Shown: positions 49,338 through 60,786 of the stretch, piece by piece
How positions within the stretch are numbered: the first letter of the stretch is position 1
Layout of the letters: each line of letters opens with the position of its first letter
NCBI GenBank assembly: GCA_963705105.1
Contig: CAVPIW010000014.1
Span: 32,001-96,000, forward strand
Length of the DNA stretch: 64,000 nt
Direction: 5' to 3'
From: an uncultured Nitrospiraceae bacterium
GTDB taxonomy: Bacteria; Nitrospirota; Thermodesulfovibrionia; Thermodesulfovibrionales; Dissulfurispiraceae
Program-made: the position numbers and the translations under genes
Notes under the pieces: generated by a model
Database searches by the model: none
Told to the model about the DNA's origin: nothing
What the model saw: the letters and a program-made list of their open reading frames with translations, nothing else

Positions 49338-52300
49338 TTAAGGGAGGATGGCCGCGATTGCAGCCACCTGAGTCGGCGTCAAGGCGCTCAACGTCCCCCT
49401 TCCCATGCCTCCGGTATTGTTGTTGATGGCGTTCTGTATGTCACCTGCAATAATACCCGCACCAGCAAAATCCCAATTGGGCAACTGGCCGTGACAGGAC
49501 GTGACAGTTGCTGTGCATACAGAATCGTTCCGTTCGTCTCTGCCTGTGTCGCAGGAAGCACACCCGCGATCGCCGCCACCTGAGCCGGCGTCAAAGCGCT
49601 CAACGTCCCCCTTCCCATCACACCGCCGTCATTGCCGTTGATGGCGCGCTGAATCTCATTCGCCGTCGCGCCGGCCTTCGTCGATGTGGCGAGTGGGTTG
49701 TGGCAGGACGCGCAGTTGTTCGCATAAAGAGTCGCCCCGTCCGCCGCTGCTTGTGTCGCAGGAAGCACGGCTACGATCGCCTGCACCTGAGCCGCCGTCA
49801 GGACGCTTAACGTCCCCCGACCCATGCCTCCGGTATTACCGTTGATGGCGGCCTGGACCTCGACCGCTGACGCACCGGCCTTCGCCGATGTGGCGAGCGG
49901 GTTGTGGCAGGACGCGCAGTTGTCTCCATACAGAGTGGCACCGTCCGTTGCTGCCTGCTGCAGGGGAAGCGCATTAATGATCAACTGGACCTGTGCAGCC
50001 GTCAGAGTGTTCAGCCCTCCCATGCCGCCGACATTGCCGTTGATGGCGGCCTGGACCTCTGCCGCTGACGCACCGGCCTTCGCAGTCGTGGCGAGCGGCT
50101 TGTGACAGGACGCACAATTGACTCCATAGAGACCCGGTCCGTCCGTAGGCAACGCCTGAGCATTAAGCACTGTGGCGATGTTCTGCACCTGAACCGCCGT
50201 AAGGCTCAGCAGCACCGGCGTTCCCATTCCTCCCACATTGCCATTGATGGCGGTCTGGATCGCCCCTGCCGTCGTGCCAAGCTTCGCTGACGTGGCGAGC
50301 GGGTTATGGCAGGACGCGCAGTTGTTCGCATAGAGTACCGTTCCGTCCGTCGTCGCGGGCGGAGGAGGAGGTGCCTGAGCATTAAGCACTGTGGCGATGT
50401 TCTGGACCTGAACCCCGAAGGCTCAGCAGCACCGGCGTTCCCATGCCTCCCACATTGCCATTGATGGCGGTCTGGATGGCCCCTGCCGTCGTGCCGAGCT
50501 TCGCTGACGTGGCGAGCGGGCTATGGCAGGACGGCAGTTCTTTGCATAGAGAGTCGTTCCGTCCGTCGTCGCGGGCGGAGGAGGCGGCGCCTGAGCATTA
50601 AGCACTGTTGCGATCGTCTGGACCTGAACTGCCGAGAGACTTTTCAGTATTGGCGTTCCCATGCCTCCGGTCCCAGCGTCGATGGCGCCCTGGATGGCCG
50701 CTGCCGTTGTGCCGAGCTTCGCTGAGGTAGCAAGCGGGCCGTGGCAGGATGCGCATCCCTGGGCATAGAGAGTCGCCCCGTCCGTCGTTGTGGGCGGAGG
50801 AGGAGGCGCCTGTCTACCAAGCACGTCGGCAATGGCCTGGACCTGTGCCGCAGAAAGGCTGCTGAGTCCGCCCATGCCTCCGACACCAGCGTCGATGGCG
50901 GCCTGGATGGCCCCAGCCGTTGTGCCGAGCCTTGTTTGAAGCATGCAGCGGGCCATGGCAGGACGCGCAGGCGTCGTTATAGAGAGTGGCCCCGTCCGTC
51001 GCTGTCGATGCCGGAGGAGGCGCCTGCTTTGCAAGCACATCAGCGATCGCCTTTACCTGAGCCGCCGTGAGGCTCTTCAGTCCTCCCATGCCGCCGACGT
51101 TGCCGTCGATGGCGTCCTGGGTGCGCTTCGCTGTTGCGCCGGCCTTCTTTGACGCGGTGAGGGGGCCGTGGCAGGACGCGCAGTTCTGTGCGTACAGCTT
51201 TGCACCATCCGGCGGCCCGATGACCACTTCCGTCTTCCACATATAGTAGGTGTTTATCATACCTTCAGGCGCTGCAAGCAGATAGAAGGTATATATCCCC
51301 TGGGGCAGCGTATCGATGGGAACGTTGTCCATCAGTGTCTCGCTGATCGGTTCTTTAACGCCCTTCTTCCAGGGAACAAATCCCGCAGACAACGGCTGCA
51401 GCGAATTGTCCGGTCCCAGCACGAATATATTGTTATCCAGTGTCGACAGTGACATCGCAAAATAGATGTCCATAAAGCCCGTGAAACTCCCGATGTCCAC
51501 CATGATGCTCAAAGTGCCGCCACCCTGGGCCGCTGCGCCTAAACCGATCGGCTTGGACTCCGCAGGCTTGGATGACATGACCGGGAAATCAACGGCCTCA
51601 TAGGTATATGCCTTCGGAAGGAAGGGCATGGACATGGCGACTGACGGCGCAGCCTGTCTCGCGACTAATGCTTCGGCAATGGCCTGGACCTGCGTGGCCG
51701 TGAGGCCTCTCATGCCCGGCGTTCCCATTCCCCCGACGTTACCGTCTATGGCAGCCTGAATCTGCTCCGCAGTCCTTCCTTTCTTGCTGGAGCCCGCAAG
51801 AGGAGAGTGACAGGATGCGCAATGCTGAGCATACAGATCATCCCCTTCTCCTTCATCTTCAACGGCAGCCTCACCGGCTCCCAGGATGAATTCCGTCAGG
51901 TACAGGTAGTAGCGGCTGAAGTCGTTTGCGGGGGTTATGAACGTCCCCACGACGTACTGGCCGGGAGGCAGCAGCGATTTGGGCACATTGGAAAAGAGGA
52001 CCTCATTGACGGGGCCTGTGATCCCCTTTTTCCAGGCGACAAATCCGGCCGTGGCAGGGACAATCGTATAGTCCTCACTGATGAAGTACATGATGGACGG
52101 ATCGATTGTCGGGATATAGATCACCATGTACACGTCTACGGCTTCTGAAAACGTGCCTATCCCGGCGTGGATGTTAAATATATCCCCTCCCGTTGCCAGA
52201 GGACCGAGACCCACCGGCCTCGATTGTGCAGGGTCGGAGCTCACGAAAGGCAACGACATAGGGTCAAAGGAATAAACCTCCTGCCCTGCCGGCATTGGTA

Positions 52301-52395
52301 TCGTTTGGCCCTGCCGCCGTCAGCGGATAGGCGATGCCGATTGTGGTCACGATAAAAGCCACAATGAACACGGCTCCCCAGTGTCTCTTTTTCAT
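49338..52395 (-). pseudogene. Secreted poly-monoheme cytochrome c, copy 1 (about 10 class I heme domains), several frameshifts
   Basis: ORFs 50814-52295, 50423-51040 and 49388-50389 join by single-base shifts. Signal MKKRHWGAVFIVAFIV at 52395; repeat DG..LY..NCASCH.PL..S.K.G.TA..IQ.AI.GN.GGMG; TAA at 49338-49340. Confidence 0.85.
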
Positions 52396-52914
52396 GCTTC
52401 CCTCCTCAATGTGGCGCCCGATAACACGAGCACCAGTTCTGACTCGATACGAAGTATGTCTTTACATCTCCCCCTCAAAGTTCACCCCCAAATAGTCGAC
52501 ATTAAACTTATAAATTCACTTTCAAAACTCATGCCTGGCTCGAATGAGATTATATCTAATTGATTTTTAGTATATTTTATTTTCCACGAAGGAATGTTTG
52601 GCATGAGCACGGCCGATGGTGAATGTTTTTCCCTTCTTTTCCCCGGTGGGTCTTTGCGGTCCCGACGGCTTCGTCAAAGGAGATGCCGTATTGACGCCAT
52701 TTGGTGTGATGCAAGCTAAAAAGGAAAAACAGCGTGGAAAGACGCAGGGGTGCGTGAAATTACGCAGTAGCAAGAATCTTATAAAGTTTAAATTTACACC
52801 TTTTGGAGAAAGGCTATGAAATACCTACATTCCTGCGCAACGTGACCCCGACGTAAATCACCTTCATGCCGACCTGCTCCCGGCGACCTGCGGGATATCC
52901 ACCAGTCGACCCGG

Positions 52915-53274
52915 CTAACCGACGAGTCCGTAAAGTCTCCAGGTGTCCTCCGGAAGGGGGACCCACTTCGGCGCGTAGAAGTGATGGCCGTCCCACTGCA
53001 GGAGGGCCTGCTCATAGGCTTCGCCCAGAGATACGGGATTGGCCCTCCCCGGAGGGTGATGAAGGATCCAGACGATGTTCTCGACGGGGATGTCCCTCAG
53101 GTACATCGTATAGATCTCCGTCGCCAGGTGCTCGATGATGGTCGAGATGGAAACGCCCCTTCCTCCCGGAAGTTCGGGGAAGATGATCATGAGGGTGTTG
53201 TCGGCGGTCTTCCTCACCTCGGCGCCGAATCGCGACCGAAGGGCATGGATGACATGGATGTTCAGGCCGTCCAT
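52915..53274 (-). CDS. Hypothetical protein
   Basis: 119-aa ORF between the two cytochrome copies; its 3' end recurs near 56655-56680. Confidence 0.6.
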   Translation of the reverse strand: MDGLNIHVIHALRSRFGAEVRKTADNTLMIIFPELPGGRGVSISTIIEHLATEIYTMYLRDIPVENIVWILHHPPGRANPVSLGEAYEQALLQWDGHHFYAPKWVPLPEDTWRLYGLVG

Positions 53275-53480
53275 AGTCCCACCATAACATACAAGGAATC
53301 ATCCATAATAAATGTTGTCGCCATTCCGTATTATATCACCTGTGAGGACAGAGTTTGCCTCATCGTTGCAAGACACTCCCTGAAAAGGCGGGGTGTATGC
53401 GCCGAAAACCGCACTCATTCGCAAAAAAGAAGGGGGGCATCTCTGCCCCCCGGTTATTTGTTATATAATGTGCTGTGCCT

Positions 53481-56136
53481 TTAAGGCAGCACACTTGCGA
53501 TCGCACTCACCTGGTCCGGATTCAAGGCTCTCAATGTCCCCCGACCCATGAAGCCCCTGATGGGGTTTCCGGTGTTGTTGTCGATGGCGTTCTGTATGTC
53601 ACCTGCAATAATGCCCGCACCCGCAAACTCCCAATTGGGTCCCAGCGGGCCGTGACAGTCCGCACAGTTATTTGCATACAGAGTCGCTCCGTCCGTCGCT
53701 GCCTGCGTGGCAGGAAGCACGGCCTGAATCGCCGCCACCTGAGTCGGCGTCAAGACCCTCAACGTCCCCCTCTCCATAACTATGCTGCCGTTCCTGGGAG
53801 GGGTGGTGCCGTTGATTACGGCCTGGATTTCAGCCGCCGAGGCGCCCGCCTTCGTTGATGTGGCGAGCGGGCCGTGGCAGGAGGCGCAGTTCTGCCCATA
53901 CAGAGTCGGCCCGTCCAGCAGCAGCGTTGTTCCGTCCGGCGCAAACTGCTGCGGCGGCAGCGCAGCGGCGATCAGTGTCACCTGGTCTCCCGTAAGAACG
54001 GGTGGTTTCAGTGTGCCCATGCCGCCGGTATTACCGTTGATGGCGGCCTGGACCTCAGCCGCCGAGGCGCCCGCCTTTGCTGAGTTGGCGCGAGGGTTGT
54101 GACAGGATGCGCAATTAACACTATAAAGACCCGGTCCGTCTGTAGGCTGCGCCTGCGTTGCAAGGACAGCGGCGATCGCTGTCACCTGCTCTCCCGTAAG
54201 AACGGTTTTCAGTCCTCCCATGAATCCCACGGTGGCATTTCCAACATTGTTGTCGATGGCGGTCTGGATCTGAGTCGCCGTTCTGCCCGGCTTTGTTGTC
54301 GAGGCAAGGGGGCCGTGGCAGGACGCGCAGTTATCCGCATAGAGAACCGTTCCGTCCAACGTGGTTGCTGGAGCAGGCAGCACACCCGCGATGGCTGCCA
54401 CCTGTGCCGGCGTGAGAATGCTCAGTCCACCCATGTTGCCGCCGGCATTACTGTCGATGGCGGCCTGGATCGCCGCGGCCGTTCTGCCCTTCTTCGTTGT
54501 CGACGCGAGGGGCCCGTGACAGGACGCGCAGTTATCCGCATAGAGAACCGTTCCGTCCAACGTGGTCGCTGGAGCAGGCAGCACACCCGCGATGGCTGCC
54601 ACCTGTGCCGGTGTGAGGCTTTTCAGTCCTCCCATGCCGCCAGTGTTGCTGTCGATGGCGGTCTGGATCTGCGGGGCCGTTCTGCCCTTCTTCGTTGTCG
54701 AGGCGAGGGGGCCGTGGCAGGACGCGCAGTTCTCCGCATAGAGAACCGTTCCGTCCAGCGTGGTCGCTGGAGCAGGCAGCACACCCGCGATGGCTGCCAC
54801 CTGTGCCGGTGTGAGGCTTTTCAGTCCTCCCATGCCGCCAGTGTTGCTGTCGATGGCGGTCTGGATCTGCGGGGCCGTTCTGCCTTTCTTCGTTGTCGAC
54901 CGAGGGGCCCGTGACAGGACGCGCAGTTCTGTGCATACAGCTTTGCACCGTCCGGCGGCCCGATGATCACTTCCGTCTTCCACATATAGTAGGTGTTTAT
55001 CATACCTTCAGGCGCTGCAAGCAGATAGAAGGTATATATCCCCTGGGGCAGCGTATCGATGGGAACGTTGTCCATCAGTGTCTCGCTGATCGGTTCTTTA
55101 ACTCCCTTCTTCCAGGGAACAAATCCCGCAGACAACGGCTGCAGCGAATTGTCCGGTCCCAGCACGAATATATTGTTATCCAGAGTCGACAGAGACATCG
55201 CAAAATAGATGTCCATAAAGCCCGTGAAACTCCCGATGTCCACCATGATGCTCAAGGTGCCGCCACCTTGGGCCGCTGCGCCTAAACCGATCGGCTTGGA
55301 CTCGGCAGGTTTGGACGACATGACCGGGAAATCGACGGGTTCGTAGGTAAATGTCTTCGGAAGGAAGGGCATGGAAATGGCGACTGACGGCGCAGCCTGT
55401 CTCGCGACTAAGGCTTCGGCAATGGCCTGGACCTGCGTGGCCGTGAGGCCTCTCATGCCCGGAGTTCCCATTCCCCCGACGTTACCGTCTATGGCAGCCT
55501 GTATCTGCGCCGCAGTCCTTCCTTTCTTGCTGGAGCCCGCAAGAGGAGAGTGACAGGATGCGCAATGCTGAGCATACAGATCATCCCCTTCTCCGTCAAC
55601 TTCAGCGGCAGTCTCACCGGCGCCCATGATGAATTCCGTCAGGTACAGGTAGTAACGGCTGAAGTCGTTTGCGGGGGTTATGAACGTCCCCACGACATAC
55701 TGGCCCGGAGGCAGCAGCGATTTGGGCACATTGGAAAAGAGGACCTCATTAACGGGACCTGTGATCCCCTTCTTCCAGGCGACAAATCCCGCCGTGGCAG
55801 GGACAATCGTATAGTCCTCACTGATGAAGTACATATGGACGGATCGATTGTCGGGATGTAGAGGACCATGTACACGTCCACGGATTCCGAAAACGTGCCT
55901 ACCCCGGCGTGGATGTTAAATATATCCCCTCCCGTTGCCAAAGGACCGAGACCCACCGGCCTCGATTGTGCAGGGTCGGAGCTCACGAAAGGCAAAGACA
56001 AAGGGTCAAAGGAATAGACTTCCTGTCCTGCCGGCATTGGTATCGTTTGCCCTGCCGCCGTCAGCGGACAGGCGATGCCCATTGTGGTCACGATGAAAGC
56101 CACTATGAACACGGCTCCCCAGTGTCTCTTTTTCAT
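53481..56136 (-). pseudogene. Secreted poly-monoheme cytochrome c, copy 2 (8 heme domains), two frameshifts
   Basis: Single missing bases near 55836 (vs copy 1) and 54900 (vs sibling repeat) join three ORFs; 7x CASCH and 1x CADCH, each followed by a (G/F/V)M(G/E) Met. Confidence 0.87.
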
Positions 56137-56729
56137 TCTTCCCTCCTAAATGTGGCGCCCGATAACGCGAGCACCAGTTCTGACTCAATACGAAGTATGT
56201 CTTTACATCTCCCCCTCAAAATTCACCCCCAAATAGCCGACACTAAACTTATAAATTTACTCTCAAAACTCATGCCTGGTTCGAATGAGATCATAACTAG
56301 TATGAATTATAGTCTTTTATATTTTCCACAAAGAAATGTTTGGCATGAGCACGGCCGATGGTGAATGTTTTTCCCTTCTTTTCCCCGGTGAGTCTTTGCA
56401 GCCCCGACGGCTTCATCAAAGGAGATGCCGTATTGACGCCATTTGGTGAGATGCAAGCTAAAAAGGGAAAACTGCGTGAAATAACGCAGTGGTGCGTGAA
56501 ATTACGCACCAACAAAGAATATTCTAAAGTTATAAGTTTCGGTTGTTGGAGAAAGGCTATGAAATACCTACATTCCTGAACAACGTGACCCTGACATGAA
56601 GCACCTTGATGCCGACCTGCTCCCGGCGACCTGCGGGATATCCACCAGTCGGCCCGGCTAACCGACGAGCCCGTAAAGCTCCCCGCGGGAGGAAATTATG
56701 CATCGGCTCAGCGGCTTCCGGGAGCTTTG

Positions 56730-56943
56730 CCTCATCGTTGCAAGACACTCCCTGAAAAGGCGGGGTGTATGCGCCGAAAACCTTGCTGCGGCGACACCAT
56801 AACTCTCACAGAAGACAACCTTTCAAACCAATGGTCGACCACACAAAGAGTGGAATCCTGAAAGACAAACCTGGCGAGGCTTATCGTCGCCTTCAGCAAG
56901 GCTTTGAGGCGTTTCGCCACGCCTTTCTATGCAACTGCAAGGT
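56730..56943. mobile_element. Family A element, full copy (truncated copy at 53358-53410)
   Basis: Near identity with 20863-21076. Confidence 0.82.
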
Positions 56944-57022
56944 AAACAGACTCTGAATAATCTGACCGGATGCCCAGACCGTCGGCCTCTTCACTCGCAG
57001 CGGCAATTCGCGCGAGGAATTC

Positions 57023-57066
57023 ACCTTGAAATATCGGTTGACATAACCGATATTTCAAGGTAGGCT
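57023..57066 (+). promoter_or_regulatory. Sigma70 promoter embedded in a perfect palindrome with 17-bp arms
   Basis: ACCTTGAAATATCGGTT-gacat-AACCGATATTTCAAGGT; TTGACA(57038)-N17-TAGGCT(57061). Confidence 0.7.
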
Positions 57067-57072
57067 ATTCAC

Positions 57073-58227
57073 ATGACTGAGAGGGTCCGGGACATAAAAG
57101 CTCTTCTTTCTCTTCTGAAGCGTTACCGTGTCGTCGGTATCATCGGGGCCCGGCAGGTCGGAAAGACGACTCTGGCCCGTTCTCTTTTGAAGCAAATACC
57201 GGGCGCCTCTGTTTATTTCGATCTTGAGAATCCGGAGCATTTGGCGCGGCTTGCCGATCCGATGCTCGCTTTCAAGGGGTTAAAGGGACTTGTTGTCATA
57301 GATGAGATACAGCGCTTACCCGAATTGTTTCCCGTTCTGAGAGTGCTTGTGGACCGCCCGAAGTCGCCTGCCCGCTTTCTGGTCCTCGGAAGCGCATCTC
57401 CCGAACTCCTCAGGCAGGGGTCTGAGTCACTCGCGGGCCGTATTGCCTACTATGAGCTCGGCGGCTTTTCGCTGGGCGACGTAGGCATAAAGAATTATCG
57501 GCGTCTGTGGCTTCGGGGAGGGTTCCCCCGGTCGTATCTTGCATCCTCCGATACAACCAGTGAAGAGTGGCTTCGCAGATTTATACAGACTTTTCTTGAA
57601 AGAGACCTTCCGCAGTTGGGGATCGCCATCCGGTCAACGACAATGCATCGGTTCTGGAGTATGCTTGCACATTATCACGGCCAGGTATGGAATGCCTCCG
57701 AATTCGGACGGTCTTTCGGCGTTGCCGATACCACTGTCCGGAACTATCTGGATTTGTTGTCGTCGGCGTTGGTTGTGCGGCAGTTGCTGCCATGGCATGA
57801 GAACATCTCAAAACGCCAGGTTAAATCACCGAAGGTCTATATTGCAGACAGCGGACTGCTTCATGCGTTACTCGGCATCAAGGCCCTGAGAGACCTCGAA
57901 ATGCACCCCAAGGTCGGGGCGTCATGGGAAGGATTCGTCATCGAGCAACTCACCCGTCTGATGGGCTTCAGGAGGGAGGATTGCTTCTTCTGGGCAACCC
58001 ACGCGGGCGCAGAACTCGACCTCCTCGTGATCAAGGGCAGGGAGAGGCTGGGCTTTGAAGTCAAGCTTACGAGCGCCCCACAAGTGACACCCTCGATGCG
58101 AAGCGCTATTTCAGACCTGAAATTGAACCGTCTCTATGTCATCCACTCAGGAGAAGAGACGTTTCAGCTTGGGAAAGACATCGAGGCGCTCGCGTTGCCG
58201 GAGATGTGGAAGGGCCTCAGGGCCTGA
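57073..58227 (+). CDS. AAA_14 ATPase with DUF4143 C-terminal domain
   Basis: GARQVGKT, IDEIQ, LGS, ESLAGR, GGFP, KSPKVY..DSGL, WEGFVIE, AELDL..GFEVK. Confidence 0.9.
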   Translation: MTERVRDIKALLSLLKRYRVVGIIGARQVGKTTLARSLLKQIPGASVYFDLENPEHLARLADPMLAFKGLKGLVVIDEIQRLPELFPVLRVLVDRPKSPARFLVLGSASPELLRQGSESLAGRIAYYELGGFSLGDVGIKNYRRLWLRGGFPRSYLASSDTTSEEWLRRFIQTFLERDLPQLGIAIRSTTMHRFWSMLAHYHGQVWNASEFGRSFGVADTTVRNYLDLLSSALVVRQLLPWHENISKRQVKSPKVYIADSGLLHALLGIKALRDLEMHPKVGASWEGFVIEQLTRLMGFRREDCFFWATHAGAELDLLVIKGRERLGFEVKLTSAPQVTPSMRSAISDLKLNRLYVIHSGEETFQLGKDIEALALPEMWKGLRA

Positions 58228-58300
58228 GATAGAGGTTTAGAACGAGGACCCTCCGCAGACCTCTTTCGGTTCTTCTTCATCGCCTCACCTTTCACAGCCG

Positions 58301-59833
58301 TCACACCTGTCCCCTGTCGAGGGTCCTGTACTGGATCGCCTCGCCCACATGATGGGCCTGGATGTCATCCGCTCCGTCGAGGTCGGCGATGGTCCTGGAG
58401 ACCTTGAGAATCCGGGAATAGGCCCTGGCGCTGAGTCCCAGGCGCTGCATGGCCCCGTCGAGGATCCGGTGGGCCTCCTCCGTCAGCCTGCAGTATTTTT
58501 TTATATGGCGTGTCTTCATCTGCCCGTTGGCGAATATCCTGTCGCCGCTGAACCTCTGCAACTGACGGTTCCGCGCATCCACGACCCGCATCCGTATGCT
58601 CTCCGATCTCTCACCCGTGTACTCGTCGGAGAGTTCCTTGTAGGGCACCGCCGGCACATCGACATGGAGGTCGATGCGGTCCATGAGGGGACCGGAGACC
58701 CTGGAACGATAGCGGTTAATCATCCCGGGCGTGCATGTGCATTGGTGGCGCGCATCGCCGAAGTACCCGCAGGGACAGGGGTTCATCGCCGCGACGAGGA
58801 CGAACTGGGCGGGATAGGTGACCGTCGCCACGGCCCGTGAAACGGTGACGACGCCGTTTTCGAGGGGCTGCCGGAGCACCTCGAGGACGTTCCGCTTGAA
58901 CTCGGGCAGCTCGTCGAGGAAGAGGATGCCGTGATGGGCCAGGGACACCTCTCCCGGCCGCGGTATCTGACCGCCGCCGATGAGCGCCACGTCCGAGATG
59001 GTATGGTGCGGAGACCGGAAAGGACGGATGGCGAGAAGCGGCTGGCCGCTCCTGAGCATGCCGGCGACGCTGTGGATCTTCGTCGTATCCAGCGCCTCTT
59101 CAAAGGTCATGGGAGGAAGGACCGTCGGCAGCCTCCTGGCGAGCATCGTCTTGCCGCTTCCCGGGGCTCCGACCATGAGGATGTTGTGCGAGCCGGCGGC
59201 AGCGACTTCCAGCGCCCGCTTTGCGTGCTCCTGGCCCTTCACATCGGAAAAATCGTCCTCATAGACGGAATTCTCCGACATGGCGGCATCGATGTCGACG
59301 CGGAAGGACTCCCGGTGGGCTATGCCCCCGAGAAATTCGATCACCTCCGGGAGGCTTTCGAGGCCGAACACGTCGATGCCCTTCACCACGGCGGCTTCCG
59401 CCGCATTCTCCCTCGGCAGGATGATGCCCCTCAGGCCGAGACGGAGTGCCTCCAGGGCCATGGGCAGCGCCCCTCTCACCGGCTTGAGCGTCCCGTCCAG
59501 GGAGAGCTCGCCGGAGAGGATGAAATCGTTGAGTGCGACGGAGGGAATGATCCCTTCCGCCGCGACGATCCCGATGGCGATGGGCAGGTCGAAGGAGGAC
59601 CCTTCCTTCTTCAGGTCCGCCGGGGCGAGGTTGATGGTGATCTGCTTCATGGGGAAGGAGAAGCCTATATTCTTCAGGGCCGCCTTGATCCTGTCCTTGC
59701 TCTCCTTCACGGCGGCATCGGGCAGCCCGACCATCGAAAAATGGGGGAGCCCCTTGAGGGCGAGGTCTACTTCGACCTCGATGAGGCTGGCGTCAATGCC
59801 GATGACAGATGCACTGAGAGCCCTGGACAGCAT
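58301..59833 (-). CDS. comM: YifB/ComM-family Mg-chelatase-like AAA ATPase
   Basis: VGLPDAAVKES, NLAPADLKKEG, GAPGSGKTML, PFRSPHH, FLDELPEF, NPCPCG. Confidence 0.9.
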   Translation of the reverse strand: MLSRALSASVIGIDASLIEVEVDLALKGLPHFSMVGLPDAAVKESKDRIKAALKNIGFSFPMKQITINLAPADLKKEGSSFDLPIAIGIVAAEGIIPSVALNDFILSGELSLDGTLKPVRGALPMALEALRLGLRGIILPRENAAEAAVVKGIDVFGLESLPEVIEFLGGIAHRESFRVDIDAAMSENSVYEDDFSDVKGQEHAKRALEVAAAGSHNILMVGAPGSGKTMLARRLPTVLPPMTFEEALDTTKIHSVAGMLRSGQPLLAIRPFRSPHHTISDVALIGGGQIPRPGEVSLAHHGILFLDELPEFKRNVLEVLRQPLENGVVTVSRAVATVTYPAQFVLVAAMNPCPCGYFGDARHQCTCTPGMINRYRSRVSGPLMDRIDLHVDVPAVPYKELSDEYTGERSESIRMRVVDARNRQLQRFSGDRIFANGQMKTRHIKKYCRLTEEAHRILDGAMQRLGLSARAYSRILKVSRTIADLDGADDIQAHHVGEAIQYRTLDRGQV

Positions 59834-60716
59834 CCCTCTGAACAAATCTCCGCTGGATGTCATTGATGATTTCCTGCCTGTTCTTCCCCCACTGGGGTGC
59901 GATGAGAATCTCGTCGGGCGCCGTCGCAAAGAGGCGCTGGAGAACGATGTCCGGGGAGAGTCGGACGATGAAGTCGACGAGGAAGTCGAGGTACTCCCCG
60001 TAGCCGAAGGTATGGAAGGGACTCCGTATATATTCCTCAGCCAGCGGCGTCTCCCTGACGATCTGGAGCTGGTGGATTTTCAGGAAACCCACGGGGAGCC
60101 CCGAGAGCTCATCGGCCATGGCGAGGGTCTCGTCCCTCGTCTCCGTGGGGAACCCGACGATTATATGAGCGCCGATATGGATCCCGCGGCCGACGGTAAG
60201 GTTGACGGCATCGAGAAAAGACGCGTAGTTGTGTCCCCTCCTGATGTATTCAAGGGACTTGTCATAGACCGACTGCAGCCCGTATTCCATGAGCATGAAA
60301 TGGTCTTTTGCAAAACCCCCGATCATGGCGATCTTCTCTTCATCGATACAATCAGGGCGGGTGCCGATGGCGAGACCGACGACGTCGGGAGTGGAGAGGG
60401 CCTCCCTGTAGAGAGGTTCAAGGACTTCCACCGGGGCATATGTGTTAGTGAAGGGCTGAAAGTAGACGAGAAACTTCTGCGCCCGGTACCGTCCCGAGAG
60501 ATACTGGATGCCGTTCCTGATCTGTTCTCTCAGGGACTGCTGGGGCCTGCACTGGGAGGGCCTGAAGCTGTCATTATTGCAGTAGGTGCATCCCGTGACC
60601 CCGAGGGTGCCGTCCCTGTTGGGGCATGTAAAACCTGCATCGACGTTGACCTTGTAGACGACGGTGCCGAAGGTCCGCTTGAGGAAAGATCCGAATGTGT
60701 TATAACGTACAACCAC
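59793..60716 (-). CDS. TIGR01212 (YhcC-like) radical SAM protein
   Basis: DAGFTCPNRDGTLG..GCTYC, YFQPFTNTY, IGTRPDC, EYGLQS; start uncertain. Confidence 0.9.
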   Translation of the reverse strand: MVVRYNTFGSFLKRTFGTVVYKVNVDAGFTCPNRDGTLGVTGCTYCNNDSFRPSQCRPQQSLREQIRNGIQYLSGRYRAQKFLVYFQPFTNTYAPVEVLEPLYREALSTPDVVGLAIGTRPDCIDEEKIAMIGGFAKDHFMLMEYGLQSVYDKSLEYIRRGHNYASFLDAVNLTVGRGIHIGAHIIVGFPTETRDETLAMADELSGLPVGFLKIHQLQIVRETPLAEEYIRSPFHTFGYGEYLDFLVDFIVRLSPDIVLQRLFATAPDEILIAPQWGKNRQEIINDIQRRFVQRDAVQGSQCICHRH

Positions 60717-60786
60717 TTCTTCATTATTCCGCTTTGCCCGATTGCATGTCAAATGACTGGAATCCAAAATAATCGGGAAAGTCGAG

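Noticed and set aside
52599..52614. Plus-strand sigma54-like TGGCATGAGCACGGCC
   Set aside because: It points away from the cytochrome gene, lacks TTGC at -12 and has no downstream gene.
52600..52720. GEMM (cyclic dinucleotide) riboswitch upstream of the PgcA-like genes, suggested by GGGACCGCAAAG on the minus strand
   Set aside because: No GGCAAAC/GNRA P2 hallmark, and the motif is altered in copy 2. An Infernal search would be needed.
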